Positions 30,523 through 41,753 of a DNA stretch of 64,000 nucleotides are shown piece after piece. Numbering within the stretch: the stretch's first letter is position 1; every line of letters begins with the position of its first letter. The stretch is taken from positions 96,001-160,000 of the forward strand of contig CAWJZV010000023.1 in NCBI GenBank assembly GCA_963847445.1. Direction: 5' to 3'. Origin of the DNA: an uncultured delta proteobacterium (GTDB lineage Bacteria; Desulfobacterota; Binatia; UBA9968). The notes under the pieces are model-generated. The model ran no database searches, was not told the origin of the DNA, and saw only the letters and a program-made list of their open reading frames with translations. Made by a program: the position numbers and the translations under genes.

Positions 30523-30986
30523 CGACTAACTAGGCGAAAGTCTCTTATTGTGTAGCGGGAACCTCTAAAAATTGTCGCGAGTGCGAAAAATCTCATCGGC
30601 TCTTATTCAGGCATGGGAAAGGGCGACGGTTAGGGTGTGAAACCTTTCCTGATGCCTGAGAGCATCCCTGGAAGTGTGGCGGCAGGGAGAATATCGTTCA
30701 CGGGGCATGCACTTATGGACCCCATCCCAACAGACTAGCAACGGCGCTGCTGGGATCGAACTGATTTCTCTCACAGGTCGATTTAAATCGATTGGTGAAT
30801 TAGGTTAGTACCAGCTCGATCCGAATTGAACTTGACTCCCTGCCACGTTGTGAGAGATATAATTTTACCTTTATCAGAGAAGGTGTGCAGTGATATGCAG
30901 GCTCGCGGCGCGAGTCGAAGTTTCTGGTAACATCGGACAAAGTGCCACTTGCGCAAAATACGCTCAATTAATCATGGAGGTTCCCT

Positions 30987-31436
30987 ATGCCTAAACCATT
31001 CGTCGTCACGCCCGGAAACGCACCGAGCCCGTTAAAGCTGGTGGGCGAGCAAATCACTGTGCTCGCCTCGGGTGCACAGACCGGCAGTTATGAAATCTTC
31101 CTGCAACAGGGGCCCGAAAGCAGCGGCCCGCCGCCGCATAACCATCCTTGGGATGAATCGTTTTATGTCATCAAGGGCGAGATCGCGTTCGGCATTGACG
31201 GCAGCGAGACCACTGCCTTGCCAGGCACGCTCGTGCATCTACCTGCCGGGACCACGCACTGGTTCCGCTTCGGCAAAGGCGGTGGCGAAATGATATCGAT
31301 GACTTCGCGCGAAGGCGCCTCGCTTATGTTCACCGATCTCGATCGCGAGATTTCGCCGGACAAGCCAGATCTAGGGAAACTTGTCGAAGTTGCTCAGCGG
31401 CACGGATTAGCCGTAATTCCTCCGGCTAATAGTTAG
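30987..31436 (+). CDS. Cupin_2 domain protein (quercetinase-like motif)
   Basis: GPPPHNHPWDESFYVIKG...LPAGTTHWF; GGAGG RBS. Confidence 0.87.
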   Translation: MPKPFVVTPGNAPSPLKLVGEQITVLASGAQTGSYEIFLQQGPESSGPPPHNHPWDESFYVIKGEIAFGIDGSETTALPGTLVHLPAGTTHWFRFGKGGGEMISMTSREGASLMFTDLDREISPDKPDLGKLVEVAQRHGLAVIPPANS

Positions 31437-31515
31437 CTCGTCCGTCGCTGGAGTTGTTTTCGCTGTGGGATTACACCGACTCGTAAGACTGAAAAGTATT
31501 GGGGGGTAGAGTGCC

Positions 31516-33053
31516 ATGCTAAAATTCAGAGTTGTGGCTTTGTCTGTGTTGTTTTTCCAATTGGACCGGGTCCCAACTATGGGCCAACTTCGGTAATGGC
31601 GGCGGCGAAGACCGATCAGAAGGTTAGCGCAGTCGTCGCCCTGCCCGGCGTGCAGGTGGAGACCCTGAATCCTTACGGTCACTCGACCACGCAGGTCTAT
31701 CCGACTTGGAAACATGTCATCGAGCCGCTGATCGAGTGGAATTGGAGCAAGAAACGCATCGTGCCGATTCTCGCCGAGTCGTGGAGCAATCCGGACCCGA
31801 GCACATGGCTGTTCAAGCTGAAGAAGGGCATCAAGTTCCACGACGGCAGCGAGTTTACCTCGGCCGATGTCGTGCACTCTTTGACGCGCATCCAGAAGGA
31901 CCCCGATAGCAAACAGGTCACCTCGATCGCCCACGTCGATGCGATTGAGGCGGTGGATCCTTTAACGGTCCGATTGCACACCAAGAAACCGGATGCCGCG
32001 CTGCTGTTTCGCCTCGGGCAGCGCTTTATCACCAACAAGGCGGCTTACGATCGCTTGGGCGCGGCGGCTGCCGACAAGCTGGCGCTCGGCACAGGGCCTT
32101 ATAAGTTCAAGGAGTGGGTGCGCGGCCAGTGGTTCGTCGTGGAAAAGAACCCAGGCTACACCCATAGCGATCACAGGCCGACGGTTGATGAGATCGTTTT
32201 TCGCAACATTCCCGAGTCGGAGGTGGCGATCACCTCGCTGTTAAACAAAGAAGTCGACATCATCTCCAACGTTCCGCCTGAGAGCGCGGCGCGAGTGACG
32301 GGCCTGGCGCGGATCGAGAGCGCGCGCACGATCAACATCATGTTTCTCGGCATGCACAGCTCGGTGCCGCAGTTCCAAAACAAACTGGTGCGCCAGGCGG
32401 TGAACTATGCCATCGATCGCAAGGCGCTGACGCAAAACGTGCTCAAGGGCTATGCCTATCCGATGGACGCGCCGGTGGGACCGGACCAGTACGGATACGG
32501 TCGCGAGATCAGTCCCAAGTACACCCATGATCCGGCGAGGGCGAAGAAGTTACTGGCCCAAGCCGGCTTTCCCAACGGCTTTGAGGTCGATTTCCTAGTA
32601 CCCGTTGGCCAATACAACAAGGTCAAGGATGTCGCCGAGGCGATCGGCGGCATGCTCAACAACGTGGGGATACGCGCCAAGCTGCGCACGCAAGATCAAG
32701 ACAGCGGTTTTGCCGCCATCCAAAATGGCAAAGCCGGCATGTATATTTTCGGGCGCGGCGCGGTCGTCGACCCCAGTGAATACCTGCACCAGTACTTTCG
32801 CACCGGAGTCACCAAGCGGCTGGAGTTCTCCAACCCGGCGGTGGACGCCGCGCTGGAAGCGGAACAGGCGAGCTTCGATCCGGCCCAGCGCGTGAAGCTC
32901 CTGCAAAAGGCGATGTCGGTGCTGATGGACGAAGCGCCGGTGGCTTGGCTCTACCAGTATCAAGGCCTGCAAGGCGTGAGCAACAAGTTCGACTTCAAGG
33001 CGAATCCCGGCGAGGACGTCTACGGCTGGGATCTCAAACCGCGGGCACGCTAG
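31516..33053 (+). CDS. Peptide/nickel ABC substrate-binding protein, family 5 (frameshift in the signal region)
   Basis: LAESW, KFHDGSEFTSADV, GTGPYKF, VRQAVNYAIDR. Confidence 0.88.
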
Positions 33054-33113
33054 TGCAGATTCTAAGAAGTCTGAGAGGCCAATCGGGAGTATGCTTCAAA
33101 CGAAATTAATTTC

Positions 33114-33230
33114 CGTCATGCCGGTGCAAACCGGCATCCATCCCCATCGCCTTAACCTGGATACCGTTTTTCAACGGTATGACGGACGCTGTCCGTCACC
33201 TGGATTCCCGCGTGCGCGGGAATGACGGAA
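33114..33230. repeat. CGTC-type palindromic repeats
   Basis: cgtcatgccggtgcaaaccggcatcca...tggataccg..cggtatgacg; tggattcccgcgtgcgcgggaatgacg. Confidence 0.65.
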
Positions 33231-33462
33231 GGGAAGTCGACTTCGTGTCGGTAGATTAGAACCCCAGATCTGGAGCCGAAGGTTGTTCCGTTCTGAGAGC
33301 CGAATAGAGCCCAAACTATCATGACTTGCCTCTGGAGTGGGTAATCCGATTCTCGATGGGAGCGCGGACATTCTTGTCCGCCGATTCCCGCGGGCTAGAA
33401 AGCCCGCGCTCCTTTCATTCCCATCACTCCAACATTCCAATACTCCATCACTCCATATCTTC

Positions 33463-34529
33463 TCACGCCGCTTCTTCTCTGAACAAGCCCAAGCTTTCCA
33501 GCACCGGCCGGTCGGTGACGGAGAAAATAATCGCCGGTTCTTTCGACGATTTGTTTTCGAAGCGAGTGCCAGTTCCAGGACGGCACGAAGAAGCAGTCAT
33601 GGGCGCCCCAGGCGAGTTGTTTGCCGTCGCCCTTTTGTTTGGCCGACGGTGGTGACGCCGCTGCCTTGGACGACATGGTAGATGGTGCTGCTGGTGTGGC
33701 GGTGCGGTTTGGTCGATTCGCCCGGCGGAATCATTTGCACCCAGCAGCCGATGGTCGGCATGGTCGGGCCGCCGGTGATCGGGTGCGAGTATTCCAACAG
33801 CACGCCGTCGTGAGCGTCGCGCTGGCCGGAGGCGGCGATCTCGTTCAAGCGCGCGCTCAGTGTCGCGCCATTTGTAATTGTACGGCAGCGCGGCGTTGCT
33901 CGACGTTGGTCATGCGCGGGCGAATCGCGCCGTATTGTTGCTTGCCGTAGCCGTCGGGCTTGACGATCGGCTGGGCCGGCCCTTCGGCGAAGTTTTCGTG
34001 AAAGTGTGGCGTCGAGGTGGTTGGTCAGTTGGGCGTCGAGGACGTCGAGCCAGACGAGATTTTTCTTGCCGCAGTTAAAATGGTCATGCCAGGTCCAGTT
34101 GGGCGTGAGCACGAGATCGCCGGGTTCCATCAGCATCTGCTCGCCTTCGACGTTGGTGTAGCCGGTGCCGTCGCCTTCGACGACGAAGCGCAACGCCGCC
34201 GCGGTGTGGCGATGGCACTCGGCGCGCTCGCCGGGTTTGACCAGCTGGATCGACATTTGCAATCGTGCGCGTGGTGGCTTTCTTATTGGTCAACGCAGGA
34301 TTGACCAGCTGCACGGTGCGCCGTTTGGCGGCGTCGTCGATGCCGCCCAACTTGATCACTTCGCCGGACTCCATCAGGCAGGAGTGGATCACCGACCAGG
34401 GCCAGAGATGGGCACCAGGTCGGGATTCTTCTCGCGCGGCTGCCAGTGGCCGCCCAGGGAATATTCCGCCAAGCGATTGTGTAGGGCGATGACTTCAGGT
34501 GTTTCCGGGACGGCATGTGCGTCGGCCAT
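33463..34529 (-). CDS. Gentisate 1,2-dioxygenase-like bicupin (several frameshifts)
   Basis: CHRHTAAALRFVVEG, LTPNWTWHDH, WLDVLD, PHRHTSSTIYHVVQG, FSVTDRP. Confidence 0.8.
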
Positions 34530-34718
34530 AATTTTCTCCTCATGCGAATTTGTCGCTAATCTATCGTTAGATCGAGCGGAGTGTCAACGCGCTGTATTTA
34601 CTTGTGTAGGGGCGGGTTTCAAACCCGCCTGTGGTTGTCACGGCGGTCGGTGGTTTGACACGGCTTGGGCCATCGGTTACGGTTTTTGAAATCAAATTTT
34701 TGAGAGTGAAACTATCGA

Positions 34719-35615
34719 ATGTCGACCCAGCCATCAGCGCCGCAGTACCGGATTGAAGAGTATATCGTCAAGGAGCAGCCATTTTACGTGGCGAGCTCCG
34801 ATGAGGTGGAGATCTTCGAAGCGGCGTACCGCCAGCGCGTGCCGGTGCTACTCAAAGGCCCCACCGGCACCGGCAAGACACGCTTCGTCGAATACATGGC
34901 GTGGAAACTGGGCCAGCCGTTGAGCATCGTCAAAGACGGCGCCAAAGGCGCGAAGAATGGCGACGTCGCTGGCAACGGCGCGGTGCCTCTGGTCACCGTG
35001 GCCTGCCATGAGGACTTGACCGCCAGCGATCTGGTCGGGCGCTATTTGCTCGACGCCAAGGGCACGCGCTGGATCGACGGGCCGCTGACGCGGGCGGTTC
35101 GGGTCGGCGGCATTTGCTATCTCGACGAAATCGTCGAGGCGCGCAAAGACACCACCGTGATCATTCATCCGTTGACCGATCATCGCCGGCTGTTGACCAT
35201 CGATAAGTTGGGCGAAGTCATTGAAGCGGCGGATAATTTCTTGCTGGTGGTGTCGTACAACCCCGGCTATCAAAACGTGCTCAAGGATTTGAAACATAGC
35301 ACGCGCCAGCGCTTCGTCGCTCTCGACTTTCAGTTCCCGGATACCGAGCGCGAGGCGAAAATCATCGAGCATGAATCGGGCGTCGACGAGCAGAACGCCG
35401 TGCAGCTGGCCAAGCTCGGCCACAAGGTGCGCAATCTGCGCGAGCATGGTTTGAAAGAGGGCGCGAGCACGCGGGTATTGATCTACGCCGGCCGCTTGAT
35501 CAAGGAAGGCATCGCGCCGCGCCGCGCCTGCCAGGTCGCGGTCACCTGGGGCATCACCGACGACCCGCAAGTGCAGCGGAGCCTGGAAGAAGTCGTCACG
35601 GCAATCTTCCCGTGA
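34719..35615 (+). CDS. CbbQ/NirQ/NorQ family MoxR-type AAA+ ATPase
   Basis: LKGPTGTGKTRFVEYMA, ACHEDLTASDLVGRY, YLDEIVEARKD, SYNPGYQ..LKDLKHSTRQRF. Confidence 0.93.
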   Translation: MSTQPSAPQYRIEEYIVKEQPFYVASSDEVEIFEAAYRQRVPVLLKGPTGTGKTRFVEYMAWKLGQPLSIVKDGAKGAKNGDVAGNGAVPLVTVACHEDLTASDLVGRYLLDAKGTRWIDGPLTRAVRVGGICYLDEIVEARKDTTVIIHPLTDHRRLLTIDKLGEVIEAADNFLLVVSYNPGYQNVLKDLKHSTRQRFVALDFQFPDTEREAKIIEHESGVDEQNAVQLAKLGHKVRNLREHGLKEGASTRVLIYAGRLIKEGIAPRRACQVAVTWGITDDPQVQRSLEEVVTAIFP

Positions 35616-35828
35616 GAGATTCGGAATTTTGACCGCAAAGAACGCAAAGGTACGCAAAAGAAGAACTCGTTCATGCAGCGCAAGACCAGGCCGTTTGCAA
35701 AGACTAGCTGAGACTTAGTACTTCAGTCATCGAAGGACACGAAGAGCACGAAGGAAGAGATTTAACGCGAAGGATTGGCAATCCGTTCCTACTTTGCGTT
35801 CTCTGCGTTCTTTGCGGTTAATCTTCCC

Positions 35829-38042
35829 ATGTCTCCCTCCTGATTCACCTGCCGTTGAGCTGGCGCCGATCCGTGAGATGTTGGGATTTTATTGCCATGC
35901 GTTGACCGAGCGGCGCGTCGAGCTGCAGGATTTGCAGCAGCTTATCGATAAGAACATCGGTTGGTCGAAGAGCGATGTCGCCACCAGCGATGGGGCGGCG
36001 ATTTTTCTGCCGGCTATCGTCGAGCGCTTCGACGCGCGGGCGGACAACTATGATTATCTCAAAGTCATGCTCACCCAGCAGGCCGGCCATCTCGAGTTCG
36101 GCAGCTTCGAGTTCGAGTTCGAGCGGCCGTCGACGCAGTTCACCGATCTGCGGCCGAAGTTCAACGCGCCGGCGGCATATCACGACCACGATCATGGCCA
36201 TGAAGGGCATCACGAGCAGGCCGCGGTCACCGAGCTGACGCGGTTTTTTCGCCTATTCCCCAACAAACGGCTGGCGCTGGACATTTTCTCCATCGTCGAG
36301 AGCGCGCGCGTCGAAGCGCGCATCATGCTGGAATACCGCGGCATCGCCGTCGCTTACAGCGCGATGCGCGGGCGCACGCTGGCGCTGCGCCAGGAATCGA
36401 TCTATCTGCCGGCCCGCGAAGCGCTGCTGGAATTTATGATTCGGCTCAGTCTCGGCCGCGCCGATGGCATCAAAGTCCCCAAGAAGCAGGCGGCCGTTGC
36501 CCGCGATATCCGAGCGATGATGCAGCTCGTCGGCGGCCAAACGCGCCACGGTCGAAGACGCCGCGGAAGCGACATTACGGATCTATGCGCGCTTGGCGCG
36601 GGTTAAGAATGACTATTTGGATGAAGATGCAGTTCATCTTTCTGGAGCTGGAAGAGAAGAGTTCAAGCAAGCGACTGGTTCAAAACGTTCCAAAGTTCCA
36701 GGTTCAAATCGTTGGGAGGATCAAGATGAGAATCGCGGTGCTGCCGGAACTGAATGGGCGTGAGCGGGAGTATCTGGCGCCGCAGGGGGTCGATTACCGC
36801 GGCGAGTTTCGCCCCGAGCTGGCGCAGTTGCTGACCAAGGCGCAGGCCAATTCGCGCGAGCAGCGCAAATCTCTGACGCCGGAAGAATTGGCGGATTTGC
36901 TGCGCAGCCAGCGCGCGCCCAAACCGCGCGACGGCGAAGATGACGGCGACGAGCAGGATCCGCAGACCAGCCAGATGGTGCAGAACCTCTTAAAGGAACT
37001 CGACCAGCGCGATCCGCGCATGCAGAGCGTGACGCGCCGGCCGTCGCCCAGTAACGACGACGACTCCGGGCCGTTGTCGGCGACGCAGCCGAATACTTTT
37101 ATCTACGACGAATGGGATGCCGCGGCGCGTAAATATCGCGAACGCTGGTGCAAGGTTTACGAGAAAAGCCTGGGCAGCGGCGATCTGACGTTTTACCGCG
37201 AGACGTTGTTGAGCCACGCCGGTTTGTTGCAGCAGATTCGCCGCGAGTTCGAGCAGGTGGTGCCGGAACTCTATCACAAGGAAAAACGCTTGCCGGAAGG
37301 TTCGGATCACGATCTCGACCTGGCCATCGAGGCGCTGACCGACTTCCGCATCGGCATCAGCCCGTCGGAAAAAATCTTTTGGCGCCATCACAAGATCGAG
37401 CGCGATGTCGCGGTGGCTTTCTTGATCGACATGAGCGGCTCGACGGGTGAGGCGATCAAGACTGCCAGCGATAAACCGCTGCCCGGCAACGCGCCAGGCG
37501 CGGAGCGCTCGCAGCGGCGCATCATCGACGTCGAGAAGGAGGCGATTGTTTTGATGATGGATTCCCTCGAAGCCATCGGCGACCGCTACGGGGTTTACGG
37601 TTTCTCCGGCCATGGCCGCGACAACGTCGAGTTCTACGTGATCAAGGATATGGAAGAGTCGTTTTCCATCGACATCGCCAAACGCTTCGGCCGCATCGGT
37701 CCGCTCCACGCCACGCGCATGGGTCCGGCGATCCGCCATACCACGGCGAAGCTGCGCAGACAGCAGAGCCATTCGAAATTTCTGTTCTTGATCAGCGACG
37801 GCCGGCCGCAGGATCGCGGCTATTCTCAAGAGGGCGCCGAGAAGGCCCACGCGGTGCAGGACACGCGCATGGCGATGATCGAGGCGCGGCGCGAGGGCAT
37901 TCATCCGTTTTGTCTGACCGTGGATAAGGACGGCAACGATTATTTGCGCACCATGATGGATGACTTTAGCTACGAAGTATTGGCCGATGTGAGTTTGTTG
38001 CCGCGGCGCTTGCCGCAGTTGTATAAGAAGCTGACGACTTAA
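35829..38042 (+). CDS. NorD/CbbO-like VWA domain protein (frameshift near 36540)
   Basis: YDEWD, MIDAS DMSGST, TRMGPAIRH, ISDGRPQD; His-rich YHDHDHGHEGHH in the N-terminal part. Confidence 0.85.
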
Positions 38043-38115
38043 AATTTAACGCGTTCAAATCGTTCAAAACGTTCAAGCCGTTCCAAATCGTTTCGGATTC
38101 GGAGGAGTGAAAGTA

Positions 38116-39258
38116 ATGGCGAGACAGTATAAGATTATTTCCGGCGATTCGCATTTGGATTTGCCGCCGGATCGCTGGACCCATCGGGTGCCGGCCAAGT
38201 GGAAAGATCGGGCGCCGCGGCGGGTGCAGCTGCCCAACGGCGAAGAAGCGATCGCCATGGAAGGGCGGCCGATCGCGCCCATCGGGCTGACGCGCAGCGT
38301 CGGCGTGCCGCACGATCAGTTGCATTTGCAGGTTCCCACCTTCGACAACAGCGCCGGGACGGGACAGCCGGAGCAGCGCGTACGCGAGCAGGATCAGGAT
38401 GGCATCGACGCCGAGATTCTGTTTTCGCGCATCTCGATCATTCGCGGCATCAAGGAAGACGAAGGTTATGTCGCGCTCAATCACGCTTACAATGAGTACT
38501 TGGCCGAGGAGTATGCCAAGGCGGCGCCGGAGCGGTTGTTTCCGATGGGAATCATTCCGACCACGGGCATCGACGATGCGGTGAAAGAGTTGGAATACTG
38601 CGCCAAGGCGGGGCTAAAGGGCGTGCAGCTCGATATGTTTCCCAACGGCAAACAGTTTCCGACGCCGGCCGACGATCGTTTCTGGGCGGCGGCGCTCGAT
38701 CACCACATCGCCATCGCATCGCATACCCGCGCCGGCACGACGCGCTTCGCCGACAAGGGGCCATTTTTTCAGTATCCCAAGGGCGGCTACAAGGGCGATC
38801 CCATCGAACAGATTTTTCGCTTCTGCGGCGACGCGGCGTTCGCGGTTTTGCAGATGGCGTTTGCCGGCGTTTACGAACGATTCCCGAAGTTGCAGCTCTA
38901 CTGGGCCGAGACGCAAATCGGCTGGCTGCCCTACGCGCTCTGGCAGGTCGACGATCACTACGAGCGCTATCGCCATTTGGCGAAAGGGATGTTCGGTCTC
39001 GACTTCCTCAAGCGCAAACCGAGCGAATACATTCGCGAGCACTCGCTCTGGGGTTTTCTTTACGACAAGATCGGCGTCGGCACGCGCCAGGCGATCGGTA
39101 GCGACAAAGTGATCTGGGGCAGCGACTTCGCCCACGCGGCGAGCGACTGGCCCAACTCGAAGAAGACCATCGCCGACAGCTTCGCCGGCGTGCCGGAGGA
39201 TGAGTGCTACGCGATGCTGGCTGGCAATGTGATAAGGTTTTTTCATTTGGACGGGTAG
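38116..39258 (+). CDS. Amidohydrolase_2 family protein
   Basis: IISGDSH, DQDGIDAEILF, WAETQIGWLP, IWGSDFAH. Confidence 0.9.
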   Translation: MARQYKIISGDSHLDLPPDRWTHRVPAKWKDRAPRRVQLPNGEEAIAMEGRPIAPIGLTRSVGVPHDQLHLQVPTFDNSAGTGQPEQRVREQDQDGIDAEILFSRISIIRGIKEDEGYVALNHAYNEYLAEEYAKAAPERLFPMGIIPTTGIDDAVKELEYCAKAGLKGVQLDMFPNGKQFPTPADDRFWAAALDHHIAIASHTRAGTTRFADKGPFFQYPKGGYKGDPIEQIFRFCGDAAFAVLQMAFAGVYERFPKLQLYWAETQIGWLPYALWQVDDHYERYRHLAKGMFGLDFLKRKPSEYIREHSLWGFLYDKIGVGTRQAIGSDKVIWGSDFAHAASDWPNSKKTIADSFAGVPEDECYAMLAGNVIRFFHLDG

Positions 39259-39526
39259 GAGAACGTCCAGATTGGGAAGATTTCTCGCAAAGACGCCAAG
39301 GCGCCAAGGTCGGATAAGAGGAAGTGAATTTGTGTATGATTGTTCTGCCCTTCGCCGTGCTCCTTTTTGCCACCTTTCGGAGTATCTAAATACCGACGAT
39401 CGCTGACTTTCTGCCGGATATTAAATGGACCTTGCTTCACTACGAGCGGCTGTTTGATTACGGTCGGGTAATTCTTTGTCGAGGCATTGATCGTCGCATT
39501 GCAGGCCGCGACGAGGATTGCTCCGT

Positions 39527-39802
39527 TCAAGACTTCTGCGAAGCTCGCGCTTTGATCGCCATCCCGGCGATACCGAAGTCCAAGAGAGCGGTACCCAAGA
39601 AGCCGACAATCGTTTGAAGCGCGAGATATTTCTCGGTGTAGATGTAGATCGAAATGTTCGCGATGCCGAACAACATCCAGGTCGTCGGACTGATACCTTT
39701 AAGACTGTTACTTCGCAGAAGGGCGATGAGCTGGATCAACGTTGCGACAGGGAAGATGATCGCTGGGAGCCACCCTGCAACGTCGATAATGTGAGGATTC
39801 AT
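39527..39802 (-). CDS. PQ-loop/SemiSWEET-like small membrane protein
   Basis: 91 aa with three hydrophobic helices; LIQL...S.KGIS pattern. Confidence 0.55.
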   Translation of the reverse strand: MNPHIIDVAGWLPAIIFPVATLIQLIALLRSNSLKGISPTTWMLFGIANISIYIYTEKYLALQTIVGFLGTALLDFGIAGMAIKARASQKS

Positions 39803-39898
39803 TTTGCCCTTTCAGGTCTATGGGCGAGTCTTAGTTCGGTCAAAACGAGTTAGTGGTCGTCGAAATCGAGCCTCCGATTGGGAGCTAAACTTGGCAGG

Positions 39899-40291
39899 CT
39901 ATGTTTGAGCTATTGCGGCGACGTGGTTTTGTAACCAGGTTGCGAATTCCTCACGTTTCATTTTCCCTGATGCGACCATCAGAATAATCTGCTCTTGGTC
40001 ATCAACGGATGCGTCAATGTTATGCCCGTTAAGGACAAGAAACACTTCCATCGCCGCGTGGCCGATGCGTTTGTTGCCGTCGACGAAGGGATGATTCTGT
40101 ATGAGCGAGAATCCGAGAGCCGAAGCCTTTTCGGTAACTGTCGGATATAAGTCTGCGGCGCCGAACGTAACTCGGGGCTGGGCTAGCGCCGATTCCAGTG
40201 CATGGAGGTCGCGTATGCCGAAGCTGCCGCCGCTTTGAAGGATAACGTTGCGGTAGATTCCGAGCACTTCATCGAGAGTGAGGTAACGCAC
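39899..40291 (-). CDS. Death-on-curing (Fic/Doc) family toxin
   Basis: HPFVDGNKRIG Fic motif; GIRD...LESALAQP. Confidence 0.92.
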   Translation of the reverse strand: MRYLTLDEVLGIYRNVILQSGGSFGIRDLHALESALAQPRVTFGAADLYPTVTEKASALGFSLIQNHPFVDGNKRIGHAAMEVFLVLNGHNIDASVDDQEQIILMVASGKMKREEFATWLQNHVAAIAQT

Positions 40292-40488
40292 TAGGCAAGC
40301 CGGCGATAGAGTTCAGAGTTCTTGTTCAAGACGTACTCGGCAGCTTTCTCGAAGGTCTCATCGGGCCGGGCCAGAAGTTCATCGATGCTGACTCGTACAA
40401 GGTCCTCGGGTGAGATGCTATAACGACCGGCAATCTCTTTGAGTTTTGCCAATCGGTCGTCGGAAACTGTGACGGTTATATTGCTCAT
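40291..40488 (-). CDS. Cognate antitoxin (RHH/CopG-like)
   Basis: 65 aa, overlaps the toxin start; C-terminal KNSELYRRLA is typical of Doc partners. Confidence 0.8.
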   Translation of the reverse strand: MSNITVTVSDDRLAKLKEIAGRYSISPEDLVRVSIDELLARPDETFEKAAEYVLNKNSELYRRLA

Positions 40489-40562
40489 TCCAACCTCCAG
40501 ATGGAATGCGAGTATAGCCCTTCGATGAAGAGATTCCTAGAAATCGCGTCAAAGGGAGCAGC

Positions 40563-41585
40563 CTAGCCGTTCTCCTCCCGATCCAACCCGGTCATCTCTA
40601 GCAGCGGCCGGTCGGTGAACGAGAACAGGATCGCCGGTTCGGTCTGGGACAGGTTTTTGTGCGCGTGCCAGCGCCAGGGGGGGACGGTGTAGCTGTCGTG
40701 ATCATCCCATTGAAGTTCCACGGAGTCTGTCTTGTCTACCAGGGTGACGCCGCGGCCTTGGACGGCGTGGTACATCGCCGTGCCGGTGTGGCGGTGGAAG
40801 CGGGTTTCTTGTCCGGGTTGGAGCAGCTGCAAGTAGCAGGTCATGGTGAGAAAGGTGTGGCCGCCGTCGATGGGATTTTTGTACTCGATGTACAAACCAT
40901 CGTAGGGGTCTTGGAGGCCTTGCTCGCCGAGTTCTTTCAATGCGTCCAACGCTTCCTGCCATTTGTAGTGATAGGGAACGCCGGCGGCACCCTCGTAGTC
41001 CACCTTCGGCTGGCGCGCCGGGCCGTAGAGGCGGCGCGCTGCGCCGTGGCCGCGGGTCAGCGGTTGTTGTTTGCCCTCGGCCCATTCTTCGCGAAAAACA
41101 TGGGCGTCGAGATAATTGACCAGGCCGGCGTCCAAGGCATCGATCCAGATGATCGGTTCCTTGGAAGTGTTCACATGATCGTGCCACACCCAGTTGGGCT
41201 GGATCAGCAAATCGCCGGGCTCCATCACCATCGGTTCGCCGTTCGACGTCGTATAGGCGCCGCCGCCGGAGACGACGAAGCGCAGCGCGGTGTTGGTGTG
41301 ACGATGCGCGGCGGCGGCTTCGCCCGGCAACACGATCTGAAAGCCCATGGCCAACGTCTTGCTGCCGGTTTGTAATCCAATGTTGCGGCGAAAGGCGTCG
41401 GGGCCGATCCTGATGACCTCGGTGGCCTCCATCAACGCAGGATGGATTTCTTTCCAACGCCACAGCCGCGGCTCCATGCGCTGCTGATTGCGCTCGTTCT
41501 GCCAGTAGCCGCGCAGCCCCAATTCGGCGAATCGTTTGTGCAGATGTTCGCGGTCCATCGGTTCTTTGATAGCGGGCTTGGACAT
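40563..41585 (-). CDS. Gentisate 1,2-dioxygenase-like bicupin
   Basis: AHRHTNTALRFV, QPNWVWHDH, WIDALD, FHRHT, PPWRWHAH. Confidence 0.88.
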   Translation of the reverse strand: MSKPAIKEPMDREHLHKRFAELGLRGYWQNERNQQRMEPRLWRWKEIHPALMEATEVIRIGPDAFRRNIGLQTGSKTLAMGFQIVLPGEAAAAHRHTNTALRFVVSGGGAYTTSNGEPMVMEPGDLLIQPNWVWHDHVNTSKEPIIWIDALDAGLVNYLDAHVFREEWAEGKQQPLTRGHGAARRLYGPARQPKVDYEGAAGVPYHYKWQEALDALKELGEQGLQDPYDGLYIEYKNPIDGGHTFLTMTCYLQLLQPGQETRFHRHTGTAMYHAVQGRGVTLVDKTDSVELQWDDHDSYTVPPWRWHAHKNLSQTEPAILFSFTDRPLLEMTGLDREENG

Positions 41586-41753
41586 TTTTATCCTCCGGGG
41601 TTCAAATCGTTCAAATCGTTCAAACCGTTCAAAACGTTAGCTCGCTAAGGTTGTAGCAAATTCACGAATCCGGGCGCAACTCAGGACTTTACAACGGCGA
41701 CGGTTTCCAGCTATGACTTTAAGAAATATTCTCCAATTCCAAGGAGGTTCGTA

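Noticed and set aside
34719-38042. Evidence for carbon fixation or denitrification
   Set aside because: No Rubisco or nor/nir structural genes are in the window, and family membership alone does not identify the client.
39243-39530. 95-aa minus-strand ORF downstream of the PQ-loop gene
   Set aside because: It has no recognisable motif, a weak TTG start, and a 3' end that runs into a repeat and the opposing gene.
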